From contig NC_043000.1 of assembly GCF_006345805.1 (NCBI RefSeq), forward strand, positions 144,212,001 to 144,276,000: a DNA stretch of 64,000 bases, written 5' to 3'. Source of the stretch: Octopus sinensis (Eukaryota). This document shows positions 11,171-26,292 of the stretch, piece by piece. The position numbers were made by a program, and so were the translations under genes. Position 1 is the stretch's first letter, and each line of letters begins with the position of its first letter. The notes below the pieces were generated by a model. The model did not search any database. It saw only the letters and a list, made by a program, of their open reading frames with translations, and was not told the origin of the DNA.

Positions 11171-13535
11171 TGATTATTCAGGACCAGATAGCATGTCACA
11201 GACACAGTTTCTGGTTAGTGGTCATTGAATTTAATATAAAACAGTTCAGCATAATTTGGCCGCTAATGGTTGAGGAAAGACTTTATCACTTTCTGACGTG
11301 TATGAGGGGCATTTTATGTAAATTGGTATCGTGGAAAAACCAACTGGACAATATCGTTATTATGTTATAACGCCCAGCTTGAGCAGAGAGTGATGCCAAA
11401 CAGAAAGCTCCGGATGTTTCACCGTAATACATAACACATTTTCCTGGATGCTTTGATATTAAATCATGGATAGCTTAATATACCTAACAAACAGAATATG
11501 ATTTTGAATATATTATTAAAATGAGGCTTGTCCATATCAGATGAAACGAATTTGAAATTTACTGTAGTTAGCTAGTTAGGAAGAATATAAATGGACGTAA
11601 TTACCCTGAGAGAAGCATCAAGTCATACTGTACATCAGAAAATAGTAAGCTATTACGGAACGAGATGCATAACTCGTGATACTTATATAAATGGTTACCT
11701 CATCCTTTACATTATAGTAGAAACATCAAATTATGCAGGTATTCATAAATTTAAGTAATGTAAATTATATATCTTTAGATATATGATGAAACTAATGAAG
11801 AAGCATAAAATGGAGAATATGCTACAGAAAATCGATACCAAAAAAATTTGATTACGTTTCCTAAATGTTCAAGCTACCTCAATTTTCCATTGTTGGTCAG
11901 TCACGTATATCACACAAAGGAAACACATTATTTCTGTTCGCTACAGTTTGAATTGCATTGAACCAGTTACGCATGGGAGTCATGGTAAATTAGATGTTAA
12001 GAAAGTATGATGTGTAGGCTTTCATCAAGAAGTGTGTGTGAGAGATAGCTACAGTAATTTTACATTTTTTTTTTAATATACTACATTTGAAAACTGAGAG
12101 AGAATGATTTCAAAAAAAAAAAATAAATCAAAGTAAAAAAAAAAAATGAAACAAGCAAAAATATGGATACCTGATTATTTATGATAATCATAAAGACATG
12201 CTTTCCGAGAGTAAATTAATGGTACTGAGATTAGTGCTTTTTCCCACGTGCATTACTGAAGTAAATGAAGCGAGCAAACAGCAGAAATAACGGCAGAGGT
12301 ACATGTATTTTAAACAAGTAAGGAAATTACTATTTGCAGTTTATTTTTAATATAAGCTTTAATACAATATTATCGATAGTATTGTAAAATAGTTGTGAAA
12401 AAAAAGATTTCAGTGTATCATCTATCGTCTCCCTTTGCTGTGATTGCTATTTGATTATATTAACGAAACTTAACGCTGTGATTCATATATAATTGTATTC
12501 CGTTCAGCTTATAGTCACTAGCGATCATATTGTTTCACAAAGTAGTTTATATTTGTAAGCATTTTATATGTATAAATTGGGACTTTATCATTTAGTGACC
12601 TTAATCTGACATGCGATCCCTTGTGTGTCACTAAAAGACTATTTAAATTATCTGCAACTATATATTTAGACAATTATTATTTTCAAGAATCTCAGAAGTT
12701 GAAATTTTATGATACTGTGAATTTGATAAAGTATGACGTATACCAACAGTTTTCCAGTGTTACAGACCTATGTTCATTATAAGAGAAATGTGAAAACTGG
12801 CTGCACACATATTTACGATTAGTATTAATCAAAAACATGATGCCGTACGAAGGCATACATATCTGTAAGAGAAAGAAATGAGACGCAGAGTCATTTTTAA
12901 ACAAAGGTGGTAAAATGATGATGATTACAACTCAAAGATCCACTACAAAACTGAAAATACACTTTCCGTCTCCTCATTTCACCAAAAGTAGAAGGTGTTA
13001 AGGTATTCATAAATAATTCAAAAGAAGCGTGTGAACGAGAACTTTTAAAAGGGCAATATTAGTGACTTGGTGACAGGTATTGCTTCGGTTTTGAAAATAA
13101 CATAACATTTTAATGTGCGTGAAAAAGTTCATGCACACATACGTTAAGGCATAAATAGAGGCACTCGCTCATACACAGTAATACATATATCAACACACCA
13201 GTTCACAAGTATCTATCTGTCTATCTATCTATCAATCTATCTATCTAGCTATCTATGTATTTATCTATTTGTCTATCTAATTTCTATATATCTATATATA
13301 TCTATCTACACACACATACACACTCACACATATACATGTATATAAATATAAGGTAGCTCCAAAGTAAGTGAGAGCCTGCAAGTTTTGGTACTTCTCTTAT
13401 TTTTTCACATTTGTCTTTCCTTGTCGGCCATTTTACGGGCCAAGTCCTGGAAATTTATTATGGAGAAATATGGTATATTGCACAAGGCATCAAAGAAGTA
13501 AAAGTGTTTCATCAAATGCAGGGATCTAATATTTG

Positions 13536-13588
<53 letters not shown>

Positions 13589-14199
13589 GATAGATAGATA
13601 TAGATATAGATATAATTATAATATTAAGTGTTTCTAAGTAAAGCCAAACGATGGAAAGGGACGCTAACGTCAAGCTACTTTAGCAAATATTCACAAGTAC
13701 TGAAGTCGGGGGAATGACTAAAGAAAAATTCTGTTGAAATGTTTCAGTTGCATTTCGAAACGATTTCGTGGTCAGCTCTACAACACGCTCTCCATTTTTC
13801 AGTGCAATGGTAACAAGAAATATATAAATATAAACACTTATACATAACAAACGAACACAACGTGTCCACAGAGGATTTACAAATATTCACACTTATATAT
13901 CCATGAAAAATATGTGTATGTTGTTCATCTCAGCCCCGTATGTATAACCAAAATGATTCAGCACTGTATATATTCCGGTTTGATATTTATCAATTAAATA
14001 TAAGGATCGTAATTATATTTGTCAATTAAAAATATGTTTCGATATGCAACTGAAGCATTTAAGAGAATGTTTTCTTTGTTCATTCATTCGACTTCAGCAC
14101 GTGTGTATATTTGATAAAGTAGTTTGATTTTGGGTCCCTTTCCAGCGTGTGGCTTTACTTAATGTAATAAATAAATAAATATATATAATTATTTTCCAG

Positions 14200-14670
14200 A
14201 GAGCAGATCGTTGGCACATTCAAGTGAAAGATGTTCCAAGTGAAAATACAATTAGGAACTTGGTTCGTTGTTTTGAAAACAATGGTCAGTAAGTGATCTC
14301 CCAGAACTTATGAGGTAAGCGAACGAGTGTGACAGAGCTTTGAACAGAATCCGGGCACGTCGACTCGAAGGCGGTCTAGACAGTTTGGAATTTCACAAAC
14401 TTATATTTGAATTGTTTCATCAACAGAAAACAATTGCCGGTTTGGGGCTCTGAGAATCCGAGAACACTACACCAAAAAATAAGCTTACCCCATAAACATG
14501 TGAAGCAGAAAATGGACACCATTTAAAAGATGGTATGCTGAAAAAACTCTAGTGCAAATTAGTCTCCATTATCTCCTCTATATTAACTTCATATTCCATA
14601 CACCTATTTGTAAAAACTAAGGTGGTATTAAAAATTAAAACCCCTGTGACTTCTGGGCTACTCTGTTTAT
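14200..14670 (+). mobile_element. Decayed Tc1/mariner-superfamily transposase remnant
   Basis: Broken frames give PSENTIRNLVRCFE, QSFEQNPGTSTRRRSRQFGIS and WGSENP, typical of the HTH and early DDD region. Confidence 0.6.
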
Positions 14671-14859
14671 GATGGATTCTCCCGTCGAAGAGACGTATGA
14701 ACGGTCAGCTTTTACTGAACGACCTACACAAATGGTTAATTTATAGTAATCAAATATCTATATAATGTACATTAGCTCACTAACTCCATCATACGGGCAT
14801 GAATTTGGTACACAGAAACTGAAAGAAACCGTTCTATATATGTATGTGTGCGCGTGTGT

Positions 14860-15075
14860 GTCGTTGTGTCTACGTTTGACTACAAAAACCGCTTGATAAT
14901 TGGTGTTTGTGTGTTTACGTCACTCGTAAGCTAGTGGTTCGGCAAAAGTGGCCAATTGAATAAGTACCGGGGTTTAAAGAATATACGATTTAGTCGTTTA
15001 CTTCGACGAGAACCTCAAGGTAGTGCCCCACCATGGCCGCAGCCTTATGATTGAAAGATATATAAGAGTAAAGAT
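14860..15075 (+). mobile_element. Diverged 3' half of the CORE-type SINE
   Basis: gtgtttacgtc..gtggttcggcaaaa..gaataagtac..gtagtgcccca.catggccgcag. Confidence 0.7.
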
Positions 15076-15449
15076 TAAATTTAGAGAGCCGCATTTTAGA
15101 TGCAAATTATACTGCCATCTGGCACAAAGTCAGGAAATGTACAAAGACTGCTAAATTTAATCATGTGTTCATTCTTTACAAACATTTGTCAGGGAACATT
15201 CAGAGCATTGATTGCTTGGTACCGTCACTTGACATGTTCACTCAACTCTGTCATACTTAAACTTACGACGCCAAACATTTTTGCTTTTCATTTGGTCAAA
15301 CTATAGTGCCTCTAGCTGATTCACATGCCAAGATATCAAAAGCTGTCGAAATGCAGCACAACGGATTTACTACGAAATGGTGAAACTAATTTTTCATTTT
15401 CTGTAAAAGCAACGTATTGGACTTCCGACACTTTTGCATATTAGCAACG

Positions 15450-15511
<62 letters not shown>

Positions 15512-15719
15512 AAATTATTAAATTCCCCACAAAGGAATTAATTTGTTTTGAAAACCCCCATTAGAATGGGAGAAAGCACTAATAATCTGAATGATATGAT
15601 ATATATATGTAAAAAATGTAATATATAAATAAATATCTATAAACATGAACCATCCGATCTTCTGATTACCTAATTTCTTCTAATATATAATACCTGTACA
15701 TCATCTCCAAACCTTCCAA

Positions 15720-15782
<63 letters not shown>

Positions 15783-16511
15783 CATACATATGAGTGTATG
15801 AATCTTCCAATGTCTACTTTCAACCACAGTTATTTTCTATAGTATATGTTTGTGCATGTATGTGTGCGAATATGTGTTTGCATATGTGCGTGTATTAATA
15901 TGCGTGTATGTCTACAGAGAGTGGGCTGGAGAATGTGAAGTAAAGAGAGAACGCAGTAAATAATAATGACGTTGAATACAGATCATTGACTCTTCGTGCT
16001 TGGAAACTGTTGCTAATATGAAATCGTCGATTATCTCTTAACACTGAGCTACGGGTCCATACAAAAGTGGTTGTTACAACGTCTCGGGACAACACATTAG
16101 TCTTCTTCATGCTAGAAATGTATAGGGCGACACAGCAGTTTTCTGTGTAGCAAAATATCATCTGGTGCAATATATCATCTGGTGCGTGGAAGTAACTGCA
16201 CCGTATTATATTGCCGGCTGTGTACATGCGAGCAGTGCCTGTGTTCTTTGCAAGTTCTCCTGAACCTCTCTGAGAGATATCATTCATATTCATCTTAACC
16301 TTTTGCAAGTCATCAACTCCGGGACGTCCCCGAAACTGAGATCATGATAGCAGTGGTATGAATGCCAGAGAGACAGAGAGAAAAGGGGTGAGGAGGTTAT
16401 GTAAGGGAGAGATGGATGAGATTGCTTTATAGACCATAGCCTGCAACTTGTCTCAGAATTATTTCCTGACTAAAATTGGGTAACCATTTATGGATGTATT
16501 AAATATCAATA

Positions 16512-16639
16512 CAGGTTCCTGGTTCAGTTCTACTGCGTGGCAACTTGGAAGAGTGCCTTTCTACTATAGCCTCGGGCCGACCAAAGCCTTGTGACTGGAT
16601 TTGGTAGACAGAAACTGAAAGAAGCCCATCGTATATATG

Positions 16640-16674
<35 letters not shown>

Positions 16675-16860
16675 TTGTGAGTCTGTGTTTGTCCCCCCAA
16701 CATCGCTTGACAACCGATGCTGGTGTGTTTACGTCCCCGTGACATAGCGGTTCGGCAAAAGAGACCAATAGAATAAGTACTAGGCTTACAAAGAATAAGT
16801 CCTGGTGCTCCAGCATGGCCGCAGTCAGATGACTGAAAGATGTAAAAAAGTCAAGAGTAA
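16512..16860 (+). mobile_element. CORE-type SINE, slightly 5'-truncated, with a small deletion near the 3' end
   Basis: Same family as 3696-4097 in the opposite orientation. Confidence 0.88.
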
Positions 16861-17079
16861 TAGGGTGCAAAACTTGTTGAAGCTCTAAGAAGAATACGTT
16901 AATAAGGAACCACCTAAATTTCACAGTTTTAAATATTTGAGGCCGAGGTACTTCGTATCAATTAGCAGAACCTATCGTTGATATTCAGCCCCATGAATGT
17001 TACAGATATGCTTCTCGAAGTATTATCCTCTGTTTTAATATAGTCCATCTTTCGAAGTGATTATGATGTCTCTCCTAGC

Positions 17080-17400
17080 ATGATGCTCGTGATTAAGAGT
17101 TGCATCGTTTTGTAGTGACTCTTTAATATAAATAGCGTTTGTGCTGTCTTATCCTCGGAAGATATAACTTTGGTGTATATGTTTATCAGAGTATTCTTTT
17201 AAACTCTCTGTTTATATTATACCTTGCGTGTGTTTGACATGTAGTATAGAGACTGAAAGCTGATTTTGTATGTTGGAGAAAGTATGTTGGAGAAGTGTAA
17301 TCTGTATATGTGTTGGCATGCTTGAGAGTTAATAATTAATAGGAAACAAGAAGGTTAATTGACCAGAGTGTTTAATTCGAGATTTTGACATTATGTTGGG
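17080..17400 (-). repeat. Old dispersed repeat homologous to 5726-6030
   Basis: Collinear similarity by eye. Confidence 0.55.
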
Positions 17401-19975
17401 GTAGCGTTGAAACATCAAGAGGTTCTGTAGCTAGAAATCAGACCCAAGTACTTAGATATGTGTCCAAGGTCTCGTGATGGAATAAAATCGAGCTCTACTA
17501 TGTTCTTACCGCGTATAATAAAGGAGCATCCTACGCCGTGTGTTAGGGTATTATTTTAGAAGCAGAGGAATATAAGTATTTCAAGTTACATATTCTTTTT
17601 ATTTTTACATCAGGCGTAATAGTATTAGTATTTACATTCGCAGAGGCTGTGACAGGAGAGTAGGAGTAGAAACAACAGAAGCAGCAGCAATGTCAGAAAT
17701 AGCAGCAGTATTAATAATAATAGCGGTAACAGTAACAACAACAGCAGCAGCAGTAATATTTAGTGGAGTAAAAACAGTAGCATTCACTGTAGTAACGGAT
17801 GTAGCCGTGTTTGTTTACCGAATTTCTATAGACTTCTTTCAAATACTCAAACGTTTATTGATTCACATTAAACTTCGAAGCTGTTCCTGTATAGTCTTGT
17901 TGTTGATTCACTTAGGTAAATGTCAAGGTATAACAATAAATTCAGGCTGGCAGTGAGGTAGACAATCAGAATTTACGAGAGAGAAATTATTGTTGATTCA
18001 CTTATGTATTAAAAAAAATCAACAAACAACAATAAATTCAGAGAGATAACTAAATAGAATTTATGTCAGAGAAGATTTAAATAATACTTGTAGGGGCAAT
18101 ACTGTGGGAGAGGTGTACTTTGGTGTTCACACTTCAATGGGTCTGCTTTGTACGTTTCTCTCTTATTTTTGTGTGAAACCGTACATCATCTGTTCATGTT
18201 CTAAAAACACGGTTATGGCATGACGTTGAAATTTACGAATGCAAGGTAAAGAAATATGGACCCAGGTATTGTGCCCCTGCAAGAGTTAAGGGTCTCTGAC
18301 AAATATATTCTGCCGGGAAGGATACTTTATGTATATGAGTGGAAGTCTGGAAGAACATAAAAGTCGTCTAATCTGTAGTCAAAACATCATGGCGAAAAAT
18401 TGAAGAGAGTATCTGCGAATGTACACACATTGTCGATGGCTATATTTAGGTCAATGAAAACGGCGATGATTGGTTGAATTTAATTTCAGCATTTCTTGTC
18501 AAGAAGGAGAATAGATCATGTCGGTTGTTTGTTATACACATTTCTTGTTCATTAAAATTTTTCAGTCTGTTAGTCGAATGCACAAAATACGCGATGAAGA
18601 CTTTCCCACGTCACCCCCATAAAAGGAAGAAAATATAAGAAAGTAAAGATTTCTTCTTGGTCTTTGCATTCGCTTCACAACACTTTGCATGTATTACGCC
18701 ATAAACAATTTGGAATTTATTATATACAAAATATACCAAATCCATGCTCTGGTTATTTCAGAAACATATGTGTCCACTTAAGTGAGGGATCGGAATTCCC
18801 TTCCAAACAGGGTCAAAGTTTCCCATTAAAAAAAAAAACTTCACATGTGCTTCGGAAAACCTAATATATATATTAACTTGCTTAGGGTGTTAAGAACCTC
18901 ATATTGGTGAAACCAAAGACAGTTTACGTCAGAGGAAGACGATACATAGATCCCAAATTAAAATACGAAACTACAGAAAAGCAGAATTAAGAAAGCAACA
19001 TCGATATTTGCGCCAAACGAACAACCCAAATTTCTCCTCTTTAAATTCAGAGACAATGCAACTTATAGCCAGCGCATCACCAAAGCAGCATTTAATTATC
19101 ACAAAATATAAACTTCATTCGAATTCCGCCATCACAGATGGAACTACAACAAGAATTTAGAACATTCCCACTACTACTGCTACGAACGCAACAAGTTAAT
19201 TTTAAGTCATTTGATCATTATAGAAGATTCCACGAACATTTTACTGTGACACAGCATTCCTATGTATTTCTTTTTTCTTTTCTTTCACCCTCTCCCTCCA
19301 CTTACCCTATTCCAACTTCCCTTCCCTTTCAACTTCTTCAACTCCCCTTCCTTCTTATTTTCCTTTTCTTCTTCTTCTTCCTCTTTTTCGTCTTCATCCT
19401 GTTCTTCTGCCATTTCTCCTCCCTCTGTTGCTCCTTTTTAAACCATCAACCGTCTGTATCCAACTGTTCCCTCAAATTTACTACAACTACCTACCTACCT
19501 ACCTACCTATCTACGAAGCATTCATAAAGGAATAGTGAGAGGGACAGACTGCCTGAAAACTATGGCAATATTTACCTATTCAAAGACTATGAAAATATCT
19601 ACAAAACATTTCACATAATTTTTATTTTCTCTAATTTAATTATTTTTCTTATTTTACTCTTAGTTGAAGAAGTCTAAAACGACGGGAGCCGATACTAAAA
19701 TGTACTTAATGATAAGATTATTTTATCAGTTTCTACCTTGTCTTATCTTCTTTATGAATATCAACTCGAATGTTACTTTTCTACCTTCCACACACAGAAA
19801 CACACACACACACACACATACACACACAAACACGCACGCACAAGCACACACACATGCGCGCGCGCACGCATGCACACGCACACGAGTATATATATATATA
19901 TATACATACACGCACATATGACTTCATGCAAGTAAGTAGGTATGTCGCAGAAAATATTCTTACATCCATACAAAT

Positions 19976-20044
<69 letters not shown>

Positions 20045-20139
20045 TTTATATATATTATATATATATATGGTAAATTGTTACCATTCTATATTTATATTTT
20101 TGCTCATGCGCATTACTTGTTTTTGATTTGTCCACAACA

Positions 20140-20830
20140 TACACTATAGTAGGTTCAAGTTGGGGACCATCTCTGAGAAAATCAGCACCATGAGGCAATT
20201 CACTCTGCCAGAAATTTGGAAAGTAGATGCAATATTCTTTGGCATTCGCACTGGAAGCTCCAACACGAACATTTCTGAGTGTTTGAGTGTCAATCTTAGG
20301 ACAGTGCAATCTGAGGACATGCAGCGAGAGTGATAAGAATCAAACATGGTGTTTGGAGTGATCATTAGTGATGGTGAGGTTATGTCTCTATTCATCGTCC
20401 CACGCGGTCTAAGACTCAAAACAGAGGCCTACATTAAATGCCTGGAAGGGGTAGTGCTGCACTGGATCCAGAGGGTGGCTACTGGAGCAACCTATGTCTG
20501 CCGACCAGACTCTGAATCATGCAACACAAGCAAGAGAAACCAGTCATGGCAGTCAGATAATTTCTGTGACCACATCGCCCCTAATATGTGGCCACCTAAC
20601 TCCCCAGACAACAACCCCCTTGATTATCATGTGTAGGGTGCAGTTATGCGAGAAACCCAAAAAATTCCTTGTAGCACCAAAGATGAACAGAGGGCAAAGA
20701 TTATGGAGGCATTCCCGAACTTAAACTAGGAGACTATCTAGAAGAGTTGTAGGAAATTCCAAAGTCGTCTGGAGGCCGTGATTGAAGACAATAGCATTTT
20801 ATTGAATAAATTTACTCTTTCGTATTTGAA
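20140..20830 (+). mobile_element. Internally deleted maT (DD37D) IS630-Tc1-mariner transposon
   Basis: MVFGVI..GEVMSLFIVPRGLRLKTEAY..WPPNSPDNNPLDY. I count 37 residues between the second catalytic D (PDS) and the third (LDY). The C-terminus is KFQSRLEAVIE. Confidence 0.8.
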
Positions 20831-20942
20831 GATATGTGTATGTAATTTTGATACATGTATCTCTTCAAATGAGATATCAGTGTTATTTTACTTTTTGCGT
20901 ACTTAGACGACAATATATTCACCGCAATTTATATATGTATAT

Positions 20943-20976
<34 letters not shown>

Positions 20977-20990
20977 ATATATATATATAT

Positions 20991-21022
<32 letters not shown>

Positions 21023-21250
21023 ATATACATAGAGAGAGAGGAGAGAGAGCGCGAAAGAGAGAGAGAGAATGAGGGAGAGACATTGATGCAACACAATTAG
21101 ATGCGCAGAATCCTACCCATAACGGACAGTTGCAGGATTTTGTCTTGACGATTTTGTAAACGAACGAAAGCGCGTTGAAATATTATCGAAAATGCTTAGT
21201 GCTCCTCTTCACAACACACACACACACAAACACACACACACTCACACACT

Positions 21251-21298
<48 letters not shown>

Positions 21299-21483
21299 TG
21301 TATATATATATATATATTGCGTTATCATATGGCCATGTATTATTTCGTTTTGGCTATAACACTACAAATAGCCCGGGGATAGAATTTAATAGACTTTTAC
21401 TACAGAACAATAATCTTACGTATAGACATGTATTTATGTGTGCATAAATATACACACATATATCATATATGTGTATATCATGA

Positions 21484-21527
<44 letters not shown>

Positions 21528-21536
21528 GAGAGAGAG

Positions 21537-21537
<1 letters not shown>

Positions 21538-21635
<98 letters not shown>
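21538..21635. repeat. (GATA)n microsatellite
   Basis: Visible array. Confidence 0.97.
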
Positions 21636-21971
21636 CAGACAGATAGATATATAGATATATATAGTTTTCGCTATTAGTTTAAATTATATGCTAAAACAAA
21701 TAACTATAAACTGAAGAATTTTAAAAATTACTTAATTTAACTTCCAAGTTTCAGTACGATTTTATCTTTATATATAAGTGTGTATGTATGTATGTATGTA
21801 TGTCTGTATGTATGTATGCACGCTTGTATGTTTGTATGTATGCATGTATTAACACCCGGTTACATATGATATATACTATCTATCTGTATTCACGTACAAG
21901 TGTCTGAGAGTATATTTGTGTTTGTGTGCGTGTCTGAACGCTGAAATTATGTCTAGAACACACAGACGTAG

Positions 21972-22006
<35 letters not shown>

Positions 22007-22778
22007 AATGTCACATGATCATTATCAGATATGCGTTCTCAAATCAAATCAAAATCTGTATGAGATGTTTTAAGAACTAAACTGCGAAAAGTAATATTGC
22101 ATTCGATATTTTCATTTGAGATGATTTGATTCTAAACAAAATTTCCGTATTCGTGCCTTGTCATATTTCAAGCTAATTTGATATCTAGCAGAGTATTATA
22201 TGCTTTAAATAAGTTAAATGAAGAAATCCATCGTAGAAAAAGTCTCATAACTAAAAAGAATAGATTATATGAAAATGAAAAATTGAATTATTTTCAAACG
22301 CACATGTTTGAATTCATTTTATAGAAACAGTTTATTTTACAATTACTCTCGTTAAATATATATTACACTGTCTCCAAGATGTTTCTTAAGAGGTTCATAC
22401 GTCCTAAGCGCAATTTGACAGACGTAATCAATTATTTACCTGTATGTTTTTCACCTGTACGACGTTCCGGTAACTGGTCAGTGGAGCTTTCAAATACTGC
22501 TTGATACAGAAAGAGTTGTTTGCAGAGAACTGTCTACTTATACCGCTGTTTATTTTCTCGGTATTTCCAAATTCCTGTATGAAACTCCCTAAATTTGTTT
22601 TTTTATCATACCCCACATTTCTGGGATGATTGTATCTTCACAGCTCGGTACGATCCTATATAACTGTACTTCCTGGTTCGAATCAATAGACCACTTCTTA
22701 CATGATAAAACATGAGTTTTTATATGTGTACTCAAACGTTTTTCCAGTAAACGAACATATATATATATATATATATAT

Positions 22779-22816
<38 letters not shown>

Positions 22817-23482
22817 TCAGTTCAGAATATAGTGTTCTCTTTAGAAATTATAAAATTCCAGAGGTCAACTAGTGTTATCAATGATGTATTGGGAGAATTC
22901 TTCACAATGTGTTAACCACATTATATTATGCCTCTCACAACGCTCAGACGTCTATATATTCCCTTAATGGTTGTATATTGTCCATCTAAACACTTAACAG
23001 TTTTATTAATAGGCTTTTTTAGAAAGTTCCTTTTAGCTAATGCCTCCACTACTACTCCATCGGCATTCCCTCTTACATTTTTAATAAACAAATGTTTTTA
23101 TCACGGGGATCTTCAACATATGACTATGTAGTCCTCAATCATTTTCTACAAAAAGCTCTTTACCACCAACTTGTATTCTCGTGGGACTAATATGTAGGCA
23201 TTAGCCTTTTGAATAAGCTAGCCCTGAAGAAACTTAGTCACTTTGCTATTATTTTTTACATCTAAAACTATTAACGTAATTCAAATATTTAGAAGCACGA
23301 TTAACATAGCGACTAGATTGAAACTTATGTAGGCACCTCTGATACATCTTGCATTTCATTTTACGTTAATGTATGTTCCTTTAAATTCTATTTGTATTAA
23401 ACTATTTGCAATGGTCATATTGTGATAAGATAAGTCTCCACAATATTTTTCACCTTTTTATTATAGCAATAATTACATTTAT

Positions 23483-23645
23483 TAAAATTTTATGTATTGA
23501 TTAAGTATTTCCTTGTTTGTTTTGCAAAATAGTGGTTTTGTCTCTAATTAATATTATATAATATTTTACTATAAAATTGGATTTAATCCTAAATCTGATT
23601 TTTTCCCTGTAAATTTGGATTTATTCCCTAATATTTATTATTATA
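23483..23645 (-). mobile_element. Fragment of the H1 repeat family (outer portion, no hammerhead)
   Basis: Reverse complement of about 60550-60715. Confidence 0.8.
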
Positions 23646-24689
23646 TATATATGTATATATATATATATGTGCATATGTATTTTGAAGCCAATGATAATCG
23701 TTTAAACTTTAGCGGGAGAACACCAGTTTTGGTGGGGTGGATTATAGTTGATTATATCAACACCACTAGATGACATATACTCTTTTCTATCGACCCCTAA
23801 ACGATGAATCCCAAATTCGACCTCCTGAAATATCGGAGATATTATCAGAAAATACAGCTTTCAACGTGCTATCAAGTGTTCCACCTAGGTGTTTTATATT
23901 ATGATTATCTAAGTAGTAATTATTTCTCCTCTAAGTGTAAGGCGTGGTGATTGGAGTAGAGAGCTAGACTATTATATTGCCCCTAATGCACAACTGATAA
24001 TTGTTCTATCGATCCCAGTGAAATGGTGATACTTACTCTATCGACCTCAAAAGGATGAATGGAATCATGACAAGGATAATAACTATGATGATGATATTAA
24101 TGAAGGTGATGATGATGATGATGGTGATGATTATGATAATGATGACGACGACGACGATGATGATGATGATGATGTTGTAGCCACAAGAGAAGTTGTGAGA
24201 TCGGCTGATTAAAGGAGCACATATATAAGATAACGAGAGCAATATACTGGCAGAGCGGAACCAAGCCCTGTCCACGAACTGGAGAGTCAACCTGAGGAAT
24301 GAGCAAGTGTCTCCACTGTGCCGCTTCTCAAATAGAGTTTTTGAAACGATTGCCCATATCACGAACGAATGTTCTAGTCATGCTGAAAACCACTACCATT
24401 TGTGGCCACACGACAAGGTAGAGAAAGTGTCACATTGGAAAATGTGCAAAAAGGGGTGGCTAGAAAGAGGTAAGACGTGGTATGGACACAAACTGCAAAC
24501 TGAGTGGGAGAGTCAATGACTTAAAAAATTCCACTTGGATTTCCCAATCCAAGGTGATCAGGTGCAATACTATATTAGGCCGCATATATTTGTCAGAGAT
24601 CACCAACAAAAATAAAATGCTTTCTAATCGCTGTATCAATAACGTCTGACAAATTTTTTCTGAAAGAAACGGAGAAACATTCGAAATAT

Positions 24690-24990
24690 AAAAGTTTGGA
24701 AATAGAGATAACTACAAACAGCAACAATTCCTATCATAGTAAGCGCATTAGGAATTATAAAAACATTCAGACAAATGCTTAACAAAACACTAGGACTAAC
24801 AAGTATATATACCATACAGAAAATAGTACTCTTATGCCTCGCACAAATCCTACGTAAAACACTTTCAGCACACTAAAAATAAGAGCATCGCAACATACCA
24901 CTGCACATGCCTAAGGCACACAGAGCTGCACTGGGTAGTGCAATAAAAGCACGTGATAAAAATTTTTTTTTGATAATAATAAAAAAGGCT
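24690..24990 (+). mobile_element. 3' end of an R4/Dong-clade retrotransposon
   Basis: TIPIIVSALGII..IQKIVLLCLAQILRKTL C-terminus. The 3' UTR aggcacacagagctgc..gtagtg..aaagcacg matches 53500-53560. It is followed by (AAT)n. Confidence 0.8.
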
Positions 24991-25009
24991 AATGAATAAT
25001 AAATAAGTA

Positions 25010-25024
25010 ATAGTAATAATAATG

Positions 25025-25094
<70 letters not shown>

Positions 25095-25109
25095 TAATAA
25101 TAATAGATG

Positions 25110-25149
<40 letters not shown>

Positions 25150-25204
25150 TAATAATAATAATAATAATAATGATTAATAATAATAATAATAAATAATGAT
25201 AATA

Positions 25205-25240
<36 letters not shown>

Positions 25241-25242
25241 TG

Positions 25243-25294
<52 letters not shown>

Positions 25295-25327
25295 TAATAA
25301 TAATGATAATAATAATAATAATAAAAT

Positions 25328-25359
<32 letters not shown>

Positions 25360-25478
25360 GATAATAATAATAATAATAATATAATAATAATAATAGTATA
25401 ATAATAATAATAATAATGATAATATAATAATAATAATAATAATAAGTATTTAATAATAATTAATAAATAATGATAATC

Positions 25479-25531
<53 letters not shown>

Positions 25532-25538
25532 TAATAAG

Positions 25539-25575
<37 letters not shown>

Positions 25576-25705
25576 ATAATAATAATAATAATAATAATAA
25601 GATAATAATAATCTAATAATAATAATAATAATAAAATAATAATAATAATAATAATAATTAATAATAATAATTAAAATAATAATAATAATGATAATAATAA
25701 TAATG

Positions 25706-25758
<53 letters not shown>

Positions 25759-25830
25759 TAATTAATAATGATTAATAATAATAATAATAATAATAATAAG
25801 TTAATAATAATAATAATATAATAATAGAAG

Positions 25831-25862
<32 letters not shown>

Positions 25863-25874
25863 GGAGAAAAGAAG

Positions 25875-25906
<32 letters not shown>

Positions 25907-25995
25907 GGAGAAGAAAGAAGAAGAAGAAGAAGAAGAAGAAGAAGAAGAAGAAGAAGAAGAAGAAGAAGAAGAAGAGAAGTAGAAGAAGAGAACAG
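25010..25995. repeat. Very long compound microsatellite: about 800 bp of (AAT)n, then about 170 bp of (AAG)n
   Basis: Visible arrays. Confidence 0.97.
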
Positions 25996-26292
25996 CAACA
26001 AGAATTGCTTAAAATGTTTAGTATAAGGTTATACCTATCCAAAAGAATGAAAGATGAAGCTAATCTCGGCAGCATTTCAACTAAGAACCTAATGCATGAG
26101 TAATAAATAACACGAAGCATCGCGTTCGGCGTTCTAATGATTCAACCATCACTTTCTGTCTCTGTATATATTTATATATATCTTCCTTGCTCCCTCTCAT
26201 TTTTTCACAAACATGCACACACACAAATATGCGCACATATCTACATATCTACATACATTCGTATATATATATAAATATATATTATAAGATAT

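Noticed and set aside
16715-16785. HDV-like ribozyme in the SINE body (TCCCCGT..GG..hairpin)
   Set aside because: P3 does not pair around the L3-like loop, the spacing to the GG is 3 nt short and there is no catalytic C in J4/2.
22379-22441. 63-bp AG/GT-bounded exon MFLKRFIRPKRNLTDVINYLP
   Set aside because: Such short open frames with minimal splice signals are common by chance in AT-rich DNA, and I recognise no homology.
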